A stretch of 44,848 nucleotides of DNA. Origin: Octopus bimaculoides. Taxonomy: Eukaryota. The stretch spans positions 197,412 through 242,259 of the forward strand of contig NC_069003.1 in assembly GCF_001194135.2 (NCBI RefSeq). The letters run 5' to 3'. Positions 34,741 through 44,848 of this stretch are shown here, one piece after another. The stretch's first letter is position 1. Each line of letters begins with the position of its first letter. The notes beneath the pieces were generated by a model. That model saw only the letters and a program-made list of their open reading frames with translations. It was not told the origin of the DNA and did no database searches. Made by a program: the position numbers and the translations under genes.

Positions 34741-36582
34741 ACACACACTCACACTCATGTTTTTCCTCTTTATAAATTCATCTTTTTGTCCGCCTCCTCC
34801 AACTACATATGATAAGAAAAAAAAAGTTATTTTGAAGGCGATATATTTGATACTTTCTAAAGAATTATCAAACACATTTAGCAAACATTAAAGGAACTAA
34901 ATTTCCTAAGAAGAATGAATATTCTTTCTAATTTTTGTCACAGTCAGCAATTTTGAGAAGAGTGATCAATTTTGATTTCATAAACCCCCAGTAGTTGACT
35001 GGTATTTATTTTATTGAAAGGCAAAGTTGATCTTGGTAGTATTTGAACTCAGAAAGTAAAGAACTGGAGAAAATGCAGCATGCTAATGGTTCTGTCAGCT
35101 CCCTGCCTTTAAGAAGTGTGAATAATGACAAAATATTTCACAATCTGAAAACTGTTTCCCCATTGCTTGCTTCATGTTCTTGCTTGATGGGGATCGGATC
35201 ATCCCAGGTTAGTGGTCCCAGAAAAGTTGTGTAGAGCCAACCAGGTCCACCTGCGCTCTCCATTGCTGGGGGTTCTGTACCAACCCATCTGCATGCATCC
35301 TTCATTGGAATCTTCAAAATTTTCTCTGGAATTCTGAAATTTCACCGAGGTTAAGAATTGTGACTCTAAAGTTATTAAATGAATGAATTTAAATTTATTT
35401 ACTGAAGGTTTTATGATTGCCAAAGGCAGTGTGGGTGTCAGTGGAGCTATGTAAATACAAATATTGTAATTATTCATGTAAGGGATGACACTTCTATGGC
35501 AGTTGTAGATTTGCTTTGATTTAATTGACATGAAGTGAAGGAAACGTTTAATTTTTCACTGAATAATTATTTATTGTTGATCATAACTTCATTTTAGTTG
35601 TTTTAATTGCACTGGAGTAACTAGGACTATATTATTTAATGTTTTCTTTTCTCCATTTAAGATGGTAGGATGTGTGATTTGAAAGAGAATTGGCTGCTAT
35701 TTTTGCTGTCATGTCTACCAGCCATATAGAAGCCTTCTCAGTGATTCAGTTGTTTGTATAATTTGTCATTGAATGCTTCAGGAATGTCTTGGAAAATTTC
35801 AACAGGGAAATATCAATCAGAAAGTTAGGTTTTTAAAACTTTTTAGAGCAAATACACAGTAATCAATAGCAACATAAAAATTGGTATTTCATAGTGTGTG
35901 TGTGTGTGGGTGGGGGTGGGGGGTAGCTCGTGATCTCTTTAAGCTTGCTAGAAGTTGGTTCATGAAGTCACTTCTTATCATTACTCTTGTTATTTATTAC
36001 ACATTTTCTTTTTATTTTTATGTCAAAAACTGGGACTGTTTTTCTCTATCTACAATGATAAGTATGTCTACTACTACTCCTATTACTGCTACTACTACCA
36101 CCTCCACCACCACCACCACTAGACTGCTACTACTTATAATAATGGTTTCAAATTTTGGCACAAGGCCAGCAATTTGAGGGGAGGGGTTAAGTCAATTGCA
36201 TCAATCCCATTGCCCAACTGGTACTTAAGGATGAAAGGCAAAGTCAAAGGTCTGAAATTAGCCTGTACTTGATTCGTACTCTATTTTATTGCCATTTTCA
36301 AGGATGAAAGGCAAAGTTNNNNNNNNNNNNNNNNNNNNNNNNNNNNNNNNNNNNNNNNNNNNNNNNNNNNNNNNNNNNNNNNNNNNNNNNNNNNNNNNNN
36401 NNNNTAAGGATGAAAGGCAAAGTCAAAGGTCTGAAATTAGCCTGTACTTGATTCGTACTCTATTTTATTGCCATTTTCAAGGATGAAAGGCAAAGTTGAT
36501 TTCTGTAGGATTTCAACTCAGAATGTAAAGAACCACAAGAACTCTCTCCCTCAACGCATTTCTTCTGAGACTTACTACCCTC

Positions 36583-36624
<42 letters not shown>

Positions 36625-36769
36625 CAGTTACTCGTTGACTTGAAGGACCCATGAATGCTGTTGGTTCAACTACTTTCTCTTCACCAAATAAATAAAATAA
36701 ATTTAAAAGAGGTTATAGGTTCATTTCCACCTCCTGGACATTGATTTTTATCAATGTTGGTCTCAAGGC

Positions 36770-36975
36770 TGGCACAACTGTCTGCACCTCAGGCAAAATG
36801 CTTTTTTATGCCAGTCTGTCTTTACATTTTGAGTTCAAATTCCACCGAGGTCAACCTTGCCTTTCATCTTTCCAGGGGTTGATAAAATAAGTACCAGTTA
36901 CATACTGAGGTTGATGGGATTGTCTAATCCCCTCTCCTCAAAATTGCTGGCCTTGTGCCAAAATTTGAAACCAAT
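36770..36975 (+). mobile_element. tRNA-derived SINE (family B)
   Basis: gagttcaaattccaccgaggtcaaccttgcctttcatc..ataagtaccag..ggccttgtgccaaaatttgaa. Confidence 0.75.
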
Positions 36976-37120
36976 ATTCATCTTGTTCTTTCTCTCTCTT
37001 CTTCTTTCTCTCTCTTCTTCTTTCTCTCTCTTCTTCTTTCTCTCTCTTCTTCTTTCTCTCTCTTCTTCTTTCTCTTTCTCTTTCTCTCTCTCTTCTTCTT
37101 TCTCTTTCTCTCTCTCTTCT

Positions 37121-37153
<33 letters not shown>

Positions 37154-37220
37154 TCTTCTTTCTCTTTCTCTTTTAGTGCTGCTGTTATTGTTCTCTCTCT
37201 CTTTCTCTGTTGAAATCCAG

Positions 37221-37384
37221 GAAACTTGCCGGAAAGACACTGTTTATAACTGGTGCAAGTCGAGGAATTGGCAAATACATTGCTGTGAAAGCTGCTCGTG
37301 ATGGTGCCAATGTGGTTATTGCTGCCAAAACTGCTGATCCACATCCAAAACTTCCAGGAACAATCTATACTGCAGCAAAAGAAG
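37221..37384 (+). CDS. HSDL2: HSDL2 coding exon 2 (Rossmann TGxxxGIG)
   Basis: tccag|..|gtaaca; [54 protein letters not shown]. Confidence 0.95.
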
Positions 37385-37440
37385 GTAACACCTATCCTCT
37401 GTCTCTTCGTTAAACTGTGTGTGTATGTATATATACATGC

Positions 37441-37473
<33 letters not shown>

Positions 37474-37487
37474 TGAAAATATAAATG

Positions 37488-37554
<67 letters not shown>

Positions 37555-37639
37555 CAAACATAAAAATATAAACAAACATATATATATATATAACACACAC
37601 ATATAAAATTATATACGAACATATATATAAACACATACA

Positions 37640-38330
37640 TACCATGAGTATTGAAAAAGTAGGTACAACTTTTTTTATTTGCTAGCACAAGATGTTCAAA
37701 TTGCCCGTTCTCCTCTCTACAAAGCTACAACCATTTCTATCACAAGCAATGCTGTTGTCCCATCATTTTTTAAAATCCTTTTTGGAAATTTCAGGTCTGC
37801 CCCCTATTCTACCCGCTTCTTCACAATCTCTCTCACCTGATTTGTGTCATCAAGTTATTGTCCCTGAATCATACAGGTGAAAATCAGAGAGATGCTAGAT
37901 CCATGCTTTTTGGTGCAGGGGTGGATCGGGGGAGAGGCACTGAGCAGCCCCAATTTGCTGATTGCTTGATTTGTTGTCAAGCATACGTGTGGCCAAGCAT
38001 TCTCATGGTGAATATGAGATATTTTCAGATTCTTCTTCCAAATGGCTTCTCTAAGCTTTTTAAGTGTCTCAATGTACCTTTCAATGTCCACAATACAACC
38101 ATATTCCAGAAAATTAAGGAGAATGTTCTTGTAATCCTCCAAAACAGTCACCATGACTTTCCATTTCAATCCCTGATCTCCTTTTTAAGGTCTGGAGACA
38201 AACTGTGGCACCATTCCAACATTTGTTTTGCTATCATAAAGATAGACCCTCATTTCATTCCCTACCACCAAGTCAGAAAAAAACTTGTCTTCCTTAGCTT
38301 CAAATACTTCTAGTTGATAAGAGCAGACTA
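37640..38330 (-). mobile_element. Decayed mariner element in HSDL2 intron 2
   Basis: RYIETLKKLREAIWKK..HHENAWPHV..TNQAISKLG on the minus strand. Confidence 0.75.
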
Positions 38331-39370
38331 TCGTCCTTGAGATATTTTATCTAATGATTGAATATCAAGCATTCTGTAGTGTATTTGGTAAAATTTGGTA
38401 ACATGGTTCCTTAGTAACTCATAAATATTTGCTTTGAATCTCAACAATCGGTGTTTCTCTATTCTGCCTTATGTTGGGGATTCTAATGTCTAATATTGTA
38501 ATATTTAATATTAGTTCTAAATCTGGTTAACCAGCAACAAGGAAACTACCCCGAATCTCTTTCATAATACTTGTTATATTTATCCTGTCTTTGTGAACCA
38601 TATCATCATTGATTATAGATTTCCAATGAGTCAGTCATTGCTTCATTGCAGTTTTGGTTGGAAGAATGACAAGGGAGTGTCTGTGTAACTCTGCAATAAT
38701 ACCACAAGATATTTTTGTTTAATGTACAAAATTAGCAGCTGTTTCTTGTTGATGGATGTATTTTTTTAACTACTGCATTCTCTTTCTCTCTCTCTCTCTC
38801 TCTTTCTCTCCCTCTCGTGTGTATCATAGGCAACAGCTTTTCTTTCAATCATGTTATATTGAAGACAATCTCATGTTCAAATTCCATCTTTTCGAGGAAA
38901 GAGAGTTTCCATATTTTCTTTTAAGTTATTTATGTTTAATGTGAAACACTAATGTCCGCATATTTACCAATCTTTCATGATTTTCCTGATTTTATTTCTT
39001 CAATGAAATGTTAAGAACCTTAGGAATAAAATTGGTCCAAATTAAACATAAAAGACTTAAAAGGAAATGTTTTTGTATACCTTCCATTTATTAAATTTCC
39101 CCAAACATCAATCAAATCAATCAATCAATCAGTCAATCTGAGTTTATAATAGAATACACTACTTGCTTCCCCCTGCCCCCCGACCATGGTACCAAGGTGT
39201 ATGATTGATCCCAAGACCACTTGTTGCTAAAGAAGCTTCTTAATCATGGATCCATGCCTGTTTGTGTAAAATGTGTGTAAAGGATCTCAGGAATGTCCCA
39301 GAGTCTTCGATCCATGGATTTAGGGTTAACAACAAACTTCTAAAGTCTGGTTTCTTTTTTGTTCGTCCAG

Positions 39371-39584
39371 TTGAGGAAGCTGGAGGGAAAAGCCTGCCGT
39401 GTATTGTTGATATCCGTTATGAAGACCAAGTGCAGAAAGCTGTGGATGAAACGGTGAAGACATTTGGAGGCATTGATATCCTTGTCAACAATGCCAGTGC
39501 CATTAGCCTTACTGGAACTCAGCAAACACCAATGAAGAAATACGACCTCATGATGGGCGTCAATGCCAGAGGGACTTACCTTTG
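39371..39584 (+). CDS. HSDL2: HSDL2 coding exon 3
   Basis: tccag|..|gtttgt; (V)EEAGGKSLPCIVDIRYEDQVQKAVDETVKTFGGIDILVNNASAISLTGTQQTPMKKYDLMMGVNARGTYL(C). Confidence 0.95.
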
Positions 39585-39623
39585 GTTTGTATTCCCTCTC
39601 CATCTCTATCTCTGTCAACCTTG

Positions 39624-39669
<46 letters not shown>

Positions 39670-40363
39670 CATCATCATCATCATCGTTTAGGCCGTAAAA
39701 TCCATTGTTGATCGGGTAATTACTTTTACTGTTTCTTGGGCCGAGAAGCTAGAAAAATGGGTTTATCATATTGTAGAGGGATAGTTTTACGGAATCCAGT
39801 TGACTGCGACGGCACTGAAAAGGCAGCAGATCAAGTGGATCATCACTGTTCATATAGAAAAAGCATTGCACGTTGTCGTGTGTTGGTTTGGTGGTCGTTT
39901 TTTTATTGATTAGGATTATCAGTAACTAATAGTGAAATGAAATGACAAATGCTGTGTCCTGTCAGTGAGATTTAGGTTTACTTGTCCTGTCTGTGTGTAT
40001 AAAAGAAAAACATGTCATAACCGGAGTAGAAAAAAAAGATGGCTTTGTGTACAAACTTCTGTTTGTTCTTCAAGTTGCAATGCAGCAACGTTTAATGTTT
40101 GGCCTTGATTTTTATCAATGCTCATGGCAAAAGAAAGAAAGTGGGATAGGAACCTGTAAGGGCTTAAATTTGAATGGGACATTAGATGGTACAACTACTT
40201 GTATGTGAGGAATGAAGATGGTGTCACGTTTACCACAACCAGTGAGAATTTTTGCTTCAATGCAGTTCGTCATCAGTTTTGTGTTCGATTAGTGTTGCCT
40301 CCCTTGAACCATTTACTTTCACTTTATGGGACAAACAAACACACAAATGGACAATTTCTCTCT

Positions 40364-40394
<31 letters not shown>

Positions 40395-40400
<6 letters not shown>

Positions 40401-40660
40401 TAGCACTATAGCCTGGCTTTGCACGGGATGANNNNNNNNNNNNNNNNNNNNNNNNNNNNNNNNNNNNNNNNNNNNNNNNNNNNNNNNNNNNNNNNNNNNN
40501 NNNNNNNNNNNNNNNNNNNNNNNNNNNNNNNNNNNNNNNNNNNNNNNNNNNNNNNNNNNNNNNNNNNNNNNNNNNNNNNNNNNNNNNNNNNNNNNNNNNN
40601 NNNNNNNNNNNNNNNNNNNTGTAGAAACGGAGAATTTCGTTTATATTGTGTGTCACTCAC
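40395..40660. mobile_element. Possible Helitron-like non-autonomous element end, mostly in a gap
   Basis: actagc..cctggctttgcacggg start following (TA)n; the rest is N. Confidence 0.3.
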
Positions 40661-40689
40661 TAAAAAGAGGAAATTTTAAAAATCTGTTG

Positions 40690-40731
<42 letters not shown>

Positions 40732-41173
40732 CCCCCCCTCTCTCTCTCTCTCTCCCTCTCTCTCTTTACACCGTCGCTAGAAGGGAACTTAACTCAAGCT
40801 CCGACTGTTAGGAAGGAAGAAAAAAAAAATAAATGGTTGATTCCGGGCATTTTCGACCATGCAGAATCCATTGGTTGTAGTGAAACTGAAAGTGTTTTGC
40901 TACAGAACAGTTGTTTTTTTTAATAAACTTTAGAATGAATTATTGCAATGTAACCATCTTTGTGGTATCATAGCTAAAGGCAGTTATCTAAGATGTAACT
41001 TCCTCTGTAACACCATAACTAATGTGTTGTCTGACATATACTGTCATATATCTGTGTAGATGTAAATATGGGAAAATCTTTCATCTCTAAGGACAATATT
41101 AATTACTTCCAAAAATTATTCTAAAATTCTTGTTTTCTAAATTTTTCTTTATATGATTCTACCTTGTTTCCAG

Positions 41174-41277
41174 CTCCAAGGTCTGTATCCCTTACTTGAT
41201 GAAGTCGGAAAACCCTCACATCTTGAATCTTAGCCCTCCTCTAAACATGAACCCGAGATGGTTTACCAATCATGTGG
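41174..41277 (+). CDS. HSDL2: HSDL2 coding exon 4
   Basis: ttccag|..|gtacgt; SKVCIPYLMKSENPHILNLSPPLNMNPRWFTNHV. Confidence 0.95.
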
Positions 41278-42344
41278 GTACGTATCCCTACTTTGTTGTG
41301 GCTGTAATACCCTTGGTCCACTCTCATTTCAGCCATCTTTTTTACACATAAAGCATTATCCAGTATTTATCCTCTCCTTATAAGTTAGTAAGATGGGATT
41401 GAAGGAGGAGGATAATTATTTCAGGGACATTTCTTTCTAATATCCATCCAATAGGATATCATAGCTATTGCCTATAGATTCTTTACTTATTCTCTTCATG
41501 ACCTCTGACCAAACTCATCAATAATTGTATCAGTCATAGGTATTTTCTCTCCTATGAACCTGCTGTGTGCCTGCATGTCTATATTTGACTTTCTTTTCTA
41601 TTTGTTATAAGATTAAAATACTTATCCTTGTACATGCGATTCAGCCATTTGAAGATTCTTATTTTCTGGATTTCTAGTTGAACAGTTTTATATTTACTGT
41701 TATCAGTTTCCCTAATTCCCTTGTCATCATCTCCTAATAGCAGCATCTGCACATTTACTGGTGGCTTTTACATGTATCTGGTCTCTTTTGTTAGCTATGA
41801 ACTTGTAATTTGTTATGTTCAATAAATAAGGTAACCAGACAACTGTGAAACAATGTAACAAACTGACAAACCTCTTTATGAACCAGCAATCAATATTCCT
41901 TGTGAACTAACGGACACATCCCGACTTCACTGTAAACTAAACATGAATTTCACTCACCTCTGACCTCACTTGGATCATTACTGTTTATACTTTACTTGGA
42001 CCAGTCTATCTCTTGCAAGGGTGTGTTGTCACTCTCATCACAACAGAACTTATCTCAGTTTACCACATGTAAATGCTAATGTGCCTGCATAGAGAAGCGA
42101 CTGTTTAGTTAAAAGTATGTGGTGTGTATAGTTTGGTGTGAAGATATTGACATGTGTATGCTGATGTATATATATTTCTATATGCCAGGAACAATTGAAA
42201 TATTTGTATATATATGGCTGTGCAAGAGTGGTACATATGTGTGTAGACTTGTATATGTGTCTGTGTACAAGTATTTATATTAGAATAGAAATTATGTAGT
42301 GTATATATGTGTTTGCTTTTCTATAAATGTATGTATACAGAGGC

Positions 42345-42670
42345 AAAGTGGCTGAGTTCCTTTCAAGCGTTGGGCCTCACGGAGGCAATGACCAAGACCT
42401 TTGGCATTATGCCATGCTTGAGAAGAAGACCCATCAAGCCGAGCAAAATCACAGCCATGGCAGATGCCAGTGTTATGCAAATGGAACCGGTGCTGGTGGG
42501 ACATAAAAGCACCCATTACACTCTGAGTGGTTGGCATTAGGAAGGGCATTCAACCGTAGAAACCATGCCAAATCAAACTGGAATCTGGTGCAGCCTTTCC
42601 AGCTTATCAGCCCTGGTCAAACCGTCCAACCCATGCCAGCATGGACAACAGACTTTAAATGATGATGTTG
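42345..42670 (+). mobile_element. RTE-tailed SINE or LINE 3' end with (GAT)n tail
   Basis: ends ccaacccatgccagcatggacaacagactttaaatgatgatg, homologous to the 5890-6102 tail. Confidence 0.55.
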
Positions 42671-43177
42671 ACATATGTATGTGTGAGCGTAAATATGATG
42701 GATGACCGGTGAGGGTCCAGCAATTTGTTGCCAAACAACCTCCTCCTGCACAGAGAATTTCTTTTCAGTGAGACCAAATGTTCGTCTTGCCACGCATTGG
42801 CTCCTTTTCGCTCCATCAAATCAATTTAGTTAAGATGTTTAATTGATATTATGAGCAGCTTCCACTGCTTTGAACTTCTACAATAAAACAGCATGGATTT
42901 ACGTTTTTGTCAGCTTTAATTATGCAAACAAAACCATTAATTAGTGCAATTATCCTTACACTAACTTTATATGAGTGTGGTTGTGAAGTGAGAACGAGTG
43001 CATTCAAACTGAAATACTCAAAGTTTTCCTTCTTCTTGTTAAAAACAACACAAAACACCTTTCAACGATGAACTTCGTTGAGTTTTATTGTTTTCTTTTT
43101 GTTCATTTTGAAATTGTGTTTCTTTTGTAAACCTCTTTACACTTTTTGTGCACCAAATATTCTCTGTTCTTTCACAG

Positions 43178-43279
43178 CATACACCATGGCCAAATATGGT
43201 ATGTCTATGTGTGTTCTGGGAATGTCTGGTGAACTCCAGTCTCATGGAATTGCTGTGAATGCCTTATGGCCCAGAACCG
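43178..43279 (+). CDS. HSDL2: HSDL2 coding exon 5 (catalytic YxxxK); gene continues beyond the window
   Basis: tcacag|..|gtaaga; (A)YTMAKYGMSMCVLGMSGELQSHGIAVNALWPRT. Confidence 0.95.
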
Positions 43280-44019
43280 GTAAGATTATCTTCTCTCACA
43301 CCTTCATTTTCTACCTCATTCGCTTTCTCTCTGCCCGTCTCTCTTATTCTTTCTCTCTCTCTCTGCCCGTCTCTCTCTCTCTGCCTGTCTCTCTCTCTCT
43401 GCCTGTCTCTCTCTCTCTGCTTCACTTTCTCTCTCAAAGTGTCTACTTCTCTTCTCTCTTGTAGCATGTGTCTACACACACACCAGTGAAATTCTATAAT
43501 AATCCTTTCTACTAGAGATGCAATGCCTGAAATTTGTGAGGAGGGGTTAAGTTGATTACATTGATCCCACTGCATAACTGGTACTTATTTAATTAACCCC
43601 AAGTAAATTGTGATTGTGTTGATAATATCTATAAAAATCATAAGATTTATTGTGAATATTCAAATGAGGAATTTGCTTCGTTTAATTTTATTTTAAGAGA
43701 ATAAATATTTTTCTTTTGAAAGTTTGCATTTCATCATTTTGTAAAAGCACCGAGAAAATTGGTAGAAGTTAAACTAAAATTATCTTATGCCATATTTCCA
43801 TATATTACCCCATGGTGGCAAAAGTACCAAAGTTACCTATCATATGATAGGCAACACACTAGCATGTGTCTGTGTATATATATGTCTATTAAACAAAATG
43901 AGATAACAAAGCCAAGGATGTGAGGAGTTTTCAGGACATTTATAAGGAAAAAGATATCTAGTTTTACAGCTGTTTCTGGGATACTATGGATATCCCTTAT
44001 AACTATATATATATATATG

Positions 44020-44175
44020 GTGGTGATCTGGCAGAATTGTTAGCACACTGGGTGAAATGCTTGGTAGTATTTTGTCTGTCTTTAAGTTCTGAGTTCAATT
44101 TTGTCTTTCATCCTTTCAGGGCTGATAGAATAAGTACCAGTCATGCACTGGGACTAATGTAATTGACTTAAATTC
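44020..44175 (+). mobile_element. tRNA-derived SINE (family B)
   Basis: ggtggtgatctggcagaattgttagcacactgggtgaaatgctt..gagttcaatt..aataagtaccag. Confidence 0.75.
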
Positions 44176-44848
44176 TCTTGGGTATGAGTATATAACCCCC
44201 CCCNNNNNNNNNNTGCATCCATCTGCCAAGACATGTTGAACTGGTGTGGCAGAGTTGGCTCATCCAATCAGCGTGATCGTGAGCTCAAATTCATGGCCTC
44301 CAACATCAGACCATCGATGGTGGACAGAACATTCTGAGGCCTTCATCCTGCAGCTGACTGAACATGGACAATCCAATCAAAAATTCATATATGTATGTGC
44401 ATTTGTGTGTGTGTATATATATAACGAAGTGTCAGCACAAAGCAGTGTATAAGTACAAGCAGAATTATATATATATATATGCATTTTTTTTTCCTTAAGG
44501 TTTTCAGGTTCTGGGTATATATAAATAAGAAATCCATTCTAAATTATCTCAATCTCTTCTCCGCTGACATACTACGACAAAGTCTCCAAGATGCAGATAA
44601 GATAGAGATTTTTATTTATTTACGGCCTCAACATCTCATACCTTCTGCGCTTTAGTCTGCTCGCTATTATTTATCTTGTTTCTCTCCATGAAATTCAATT
44701 GAATTCAGTTTTTGTCTTAAATTCATACTTATTCATTTTCTAAGCTTCCTAAATTCATGCTACTTATATATTCTATTCACCTAGGTTTCATTGCTGTTTT
44801 AAAAATTACGATTTATGCATTGTTGTCTCTCAAATATTTAAAATCTAC

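Noticed and set aside
36857-37344. ORFs rich in ER/SL repeats (also 7842-8130, 43264-43575)
   Set aside because: Translations of CT/GA microsatellites, here the polypyrimidine tract before HSDL2 exon 2.
37210-37413. Track ORF suggesting HSDL2 starts here
   Set aside because: Starts at TTG inside the acceptor; the real ATG exon is 32663-32679, spliced to 37221.
1-44848. CRISPR arrays, rRNA, operons
   Set aside because: None seen; spliced eukaryotic locus, and the tandem repeats lack a repeat-spacer layout.

Overview
AT-rich, microsatellite- and SINE-dense eukaryotic genomic DNA with 8 assembly gaps. The repeat families look like those of octopod cephalopods (Octopus), which is recognition from memory and not a database result. 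Three host genes lie on the + strand: the last 7 coding exons of an ABHD3/ABHD1-like alpha/beta-hydrolase (463-6916, 5' part outside the window), an intronless Olig-family bHLH gene (25211-27103), and the first 5 coding exons of HSDL2 (32663-43279, continuing past the window). Between them are decayed mariner, hAT, RTE, CR1, R4/Dong-like, CRE-like and probable L1-like fragments and several tRNA-derived SINE families. The standout non-coding feature is a 351-nt-period tandem repeat (15602-16196) carrying two intact type I hammerhead ribozymes with palindromic stem III and an almost fully base-paired monomer, which is the architecture of a non-LTR retrozyme (circRNA-producing element). It is inserted in the internal microsatellite of a SINE. 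A second oddity is an otherwise perfect initiator tRNA-Met gene lacking exactly its 7-nt anticodon loop (32006-32070, minus strand).
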